64,000 nucleotides of DNA, from NCBI RefSeq assembly GCF_964355755.1, contig NC_092675.1:1669812-1733811 (forward strand), written 5' to 3'. This document shows positions 62,901 to 64,000 of the stretch, piece by piece. Source of the DNA: Antedon mediterranea. Taxonomy: Eukaryota > Animalia > Echinodermata. Made by a program: the position numbers and the translations under genes. Under the pieces are notes generated by a model. It did not search any database, was not told the DNA's origin, and was given only the letters and a program-made list of their open reading frames with translations. The stretch's first letter is position 1. Every line of letters starts with the position of its first letter.

Positions 62901-64000
62901 CCTATTTTGAAAATAATGAATGAAATTCTTGTTTAAAAATAATCTTATTTTTTAGTATATAGATTTGTTACTGAAATAATAACACAATTATTGGCAGGGC
63001 ATTTTTTCGCTAGTGGTAACCAAGCTGTAAAGTGCACACAAACCAGAATTCTAGGCACTCCTGTCATACCACTCTACCAATGACTTGATTATTTAAGACT
63101 TGTAAGGCATTTCTGACTGATAAATGTGGTTTATTTATATCTCTATATATTATTATACTATAGTATCCATGGTCATTTATTGAATAACTTTATTTTAGTC
63201 CTCAGGGTTACTGTAACTCGTACCAAGGTCAAGTATGTGGAACCTATCTACAAGATCTTTTCATCTTTTACAACACCAGTATTGCCAACCCTGAAAGGGT
63301 AATTGAGACATCCATGCTTGAAATTTTTCGAAGCCTTGTTAGCGTTACTGATAAATGTTACGAACCAATTCTTAAACTGATATGCCACAGGGCTCATCCG
63401 GATTGTGACCAAGTCATGCCTGGCTTACAACTCTCAAAGCCTATATGCAGGTAAGGGTTAAGATATTTAAACCCTCAGTTATGTATCATTTCTGGTTAGT
63501 CTACAGCATGTGTTAGTATTATTTGTTTCTGCTTTACCCAAAGTTGATTAAATTCAATGTTATTATTTTTAGTTAAGCCTTGTCTACACTATCAAACTTT
63601 ATGTGACAAAATGTGATGTGCTCATATATGGGCATGATGATGTCACATCACTACCATATTTGTGCATATCACACTTATTTTTTTTTCAAACTAGTTTTAT
63701 AGTGTAGACAGAGCGTTAGACATGAACCACAGGAGATTGTACGTTAGCTTAAGAGGTTGTGCCGCCTTTTGAGCTTTATGACAAATTGTTGGGTTTTTTT
63801 TATTAAAAAAAATATATTGTAAGAAGCATTTTTATAACATTCTTTTAAAATATTTATCAATGTCTTACCCAACAGAGAGGAATGCTATGCTGTGAAGTTA
63901 ATGTACTGTAGAAATGATTGGAAACAATTTGTTGACAGTCTCAGCGTAAACCACAAACAGTTCTTCCAAATACCAGAAGATTGTGGCGAACTTCCAAGTA
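50964..64000 (+). CDS. MUSK: MuSK-like receptor tyrosine kinase, 5' part (signal peptide, S/T/P/G spacer, 2 Ig domains, Frizzled-like CRD); runs off the window end
   Basis: Exons 50964-51036 (MDHLGWICILLILNVTRPISCDGG, signal peptide, donor gtgagt), 55035-55181, 55695/55698-55973 (Ig: YHC..WW..SGKYECLARN), 60146-60270 plus 60975-61144 (Ig: VNLTCDVIGYPKPKIAW..YTCVAEN), 63199-63450 and 63876 onward (CRD: GYCNSYQGQVC..FYNTSIANPE..C..LIC....C...PICREECYAVK.MYCRNDW). The second Ig and the CRD resemble vertebrate MuSK Ig3 and Fz-CRD. The kinase domain is not in the window. Confidence 0.75.
51919..52083 (+). mobile_element. Second copy of the hammerhead-core repeat
   Basis: ctgatgaagggctagtgttgccagaaagctctga ... 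ccattgagatccag.cactgata ... tttgcctttggatttata, homologous to 31374-31533. Confidence 0.6.
53151..53323. repeat. 22-bp minisatellite, ~8 copies
   Basis: ccatgcatttatgaactattcc repeated. Confidence 0.9.
55250..55530 (+). repeat. Purine-rich degenerate ~16-17-bp repeat (GGGGGTTGAGAAAAAGT) with G-quadruplex potential
   Basis: More than 15 G3-G5 tracts spaced by short A-rich linkers. Confidence 0.8.
56192..57175. mobile_element. Non-autonomous PIF/Harbinger DNA transposon, ~984 bp
   Basis: tta GGGcctGTTCAGACCTACGGAGTTATGCTTTCGTAT ... ATACGAAAGCATAACTCCGTAGGTCTGAACAtaCCC tta; TTA TSD on both sides; no transposase ORF. Confidence 0.85.
57829..58175. mobile_element. TTAA-flanked MITE with AG..CT termini (Kolobok-like)
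   Basis: ttaa AGATGTATTGTCCCCC ... GGGGGACAATACATCT ttaa; partial copies at ~28547-28760, 29378-29481 and 32143-32180. Confidence 0.75.
59406..59854. mobile_element. GC-rich MITE-like insertion with imperfect TIRs
   Basis: cagcccgcgaaatttacctcggca is inverted relative to tgccgaggtcatttcg..aatttcgagggctg. Confidence 0.55.
60481..60780. repeat. 18-bp minisatellite, ~16 copies
   Basis: ttggt(g/a)ccatgacctaat repeated. Confidence 0.95.
61237..61470 (+). mobile_element. Degenerate copy of the 5S-headed SINE
   Basis: tacggccataccactttaaaacaccagtt..gagacagtctgggaat.., then cataatggtaaggttccgag and a tail ccatggatggcttaatccaaattt similar to the 30510 element. Confidence 0.55.
61698..62252. repeat. 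23-bp minisatellite, ~24 copies
   Basis: gatatcacagtgt(a/g)gggattaaa repeated. Confidence 0.95.
63576..63716 (+). mobile_element. MITE family A copy (intronic, MuSK-like gene)
   Basis: Both TIRs are present, with tta flanks. Confidence 0.75.

Noticed and set aside
63199-64000. Frizzled, SFRP or ROR assignment for the CRD
   Set aside because: Two preceding Ig domains and MuSK-like residues (GYC..Y.G.VC, NTS.A.PE, PICRE.C.AVK..C..W) favour MuSK; ROR cannot be fully excluded without the kinase.

Overview
AT-rich animal genomic DNA with GT-AG spliceosomal introns. It is probably an invertebrate, and the Deu/Nin-type SINEs would fit a marine deuterostome, but the taxon is inference. Two intron-rich + strand genes are present. 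(1) A protocadherin-15/Cad99C orthologue (~16.2-42.5 kb) with 11 cadherin repeats, a MAD12-like region, a TM helix and a cytoplasmic tail ending in the PDZ ligand ITAL; its signal-peptide exon was not found. (2) The 5' part of a MuSK-like receptor (50964 to the window end) with a signal peptide, an S/T/P/G-rich spacer, two Ig domains and a Frizzled-like CRD. The most striking unexplained structure is in the PCDH15-like gene. Frame-symmetric candidate microexons form two cassettes, one at the N-terminal adhesive tip (9, 9 and 15 nt, phase 1) and one in the cytoplasmic tail (15, 90, 48, 33, 39 and 21 nt, phase 2). There are also two candidate alternative terminal exons and a polybasic furin-type site inside EC10. 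Non-coding DNA carries about 17 copies of a Harbinger-type MITE, nested Helentron-type elements with tRNA-like cassettes, 5S/tRNA composite SINEs, two repeats starting with a minimal hammerhead-ribozyme core, and many minisatellites. All exon boundaries and counts were read by eye and need RNA-seq confirmation.
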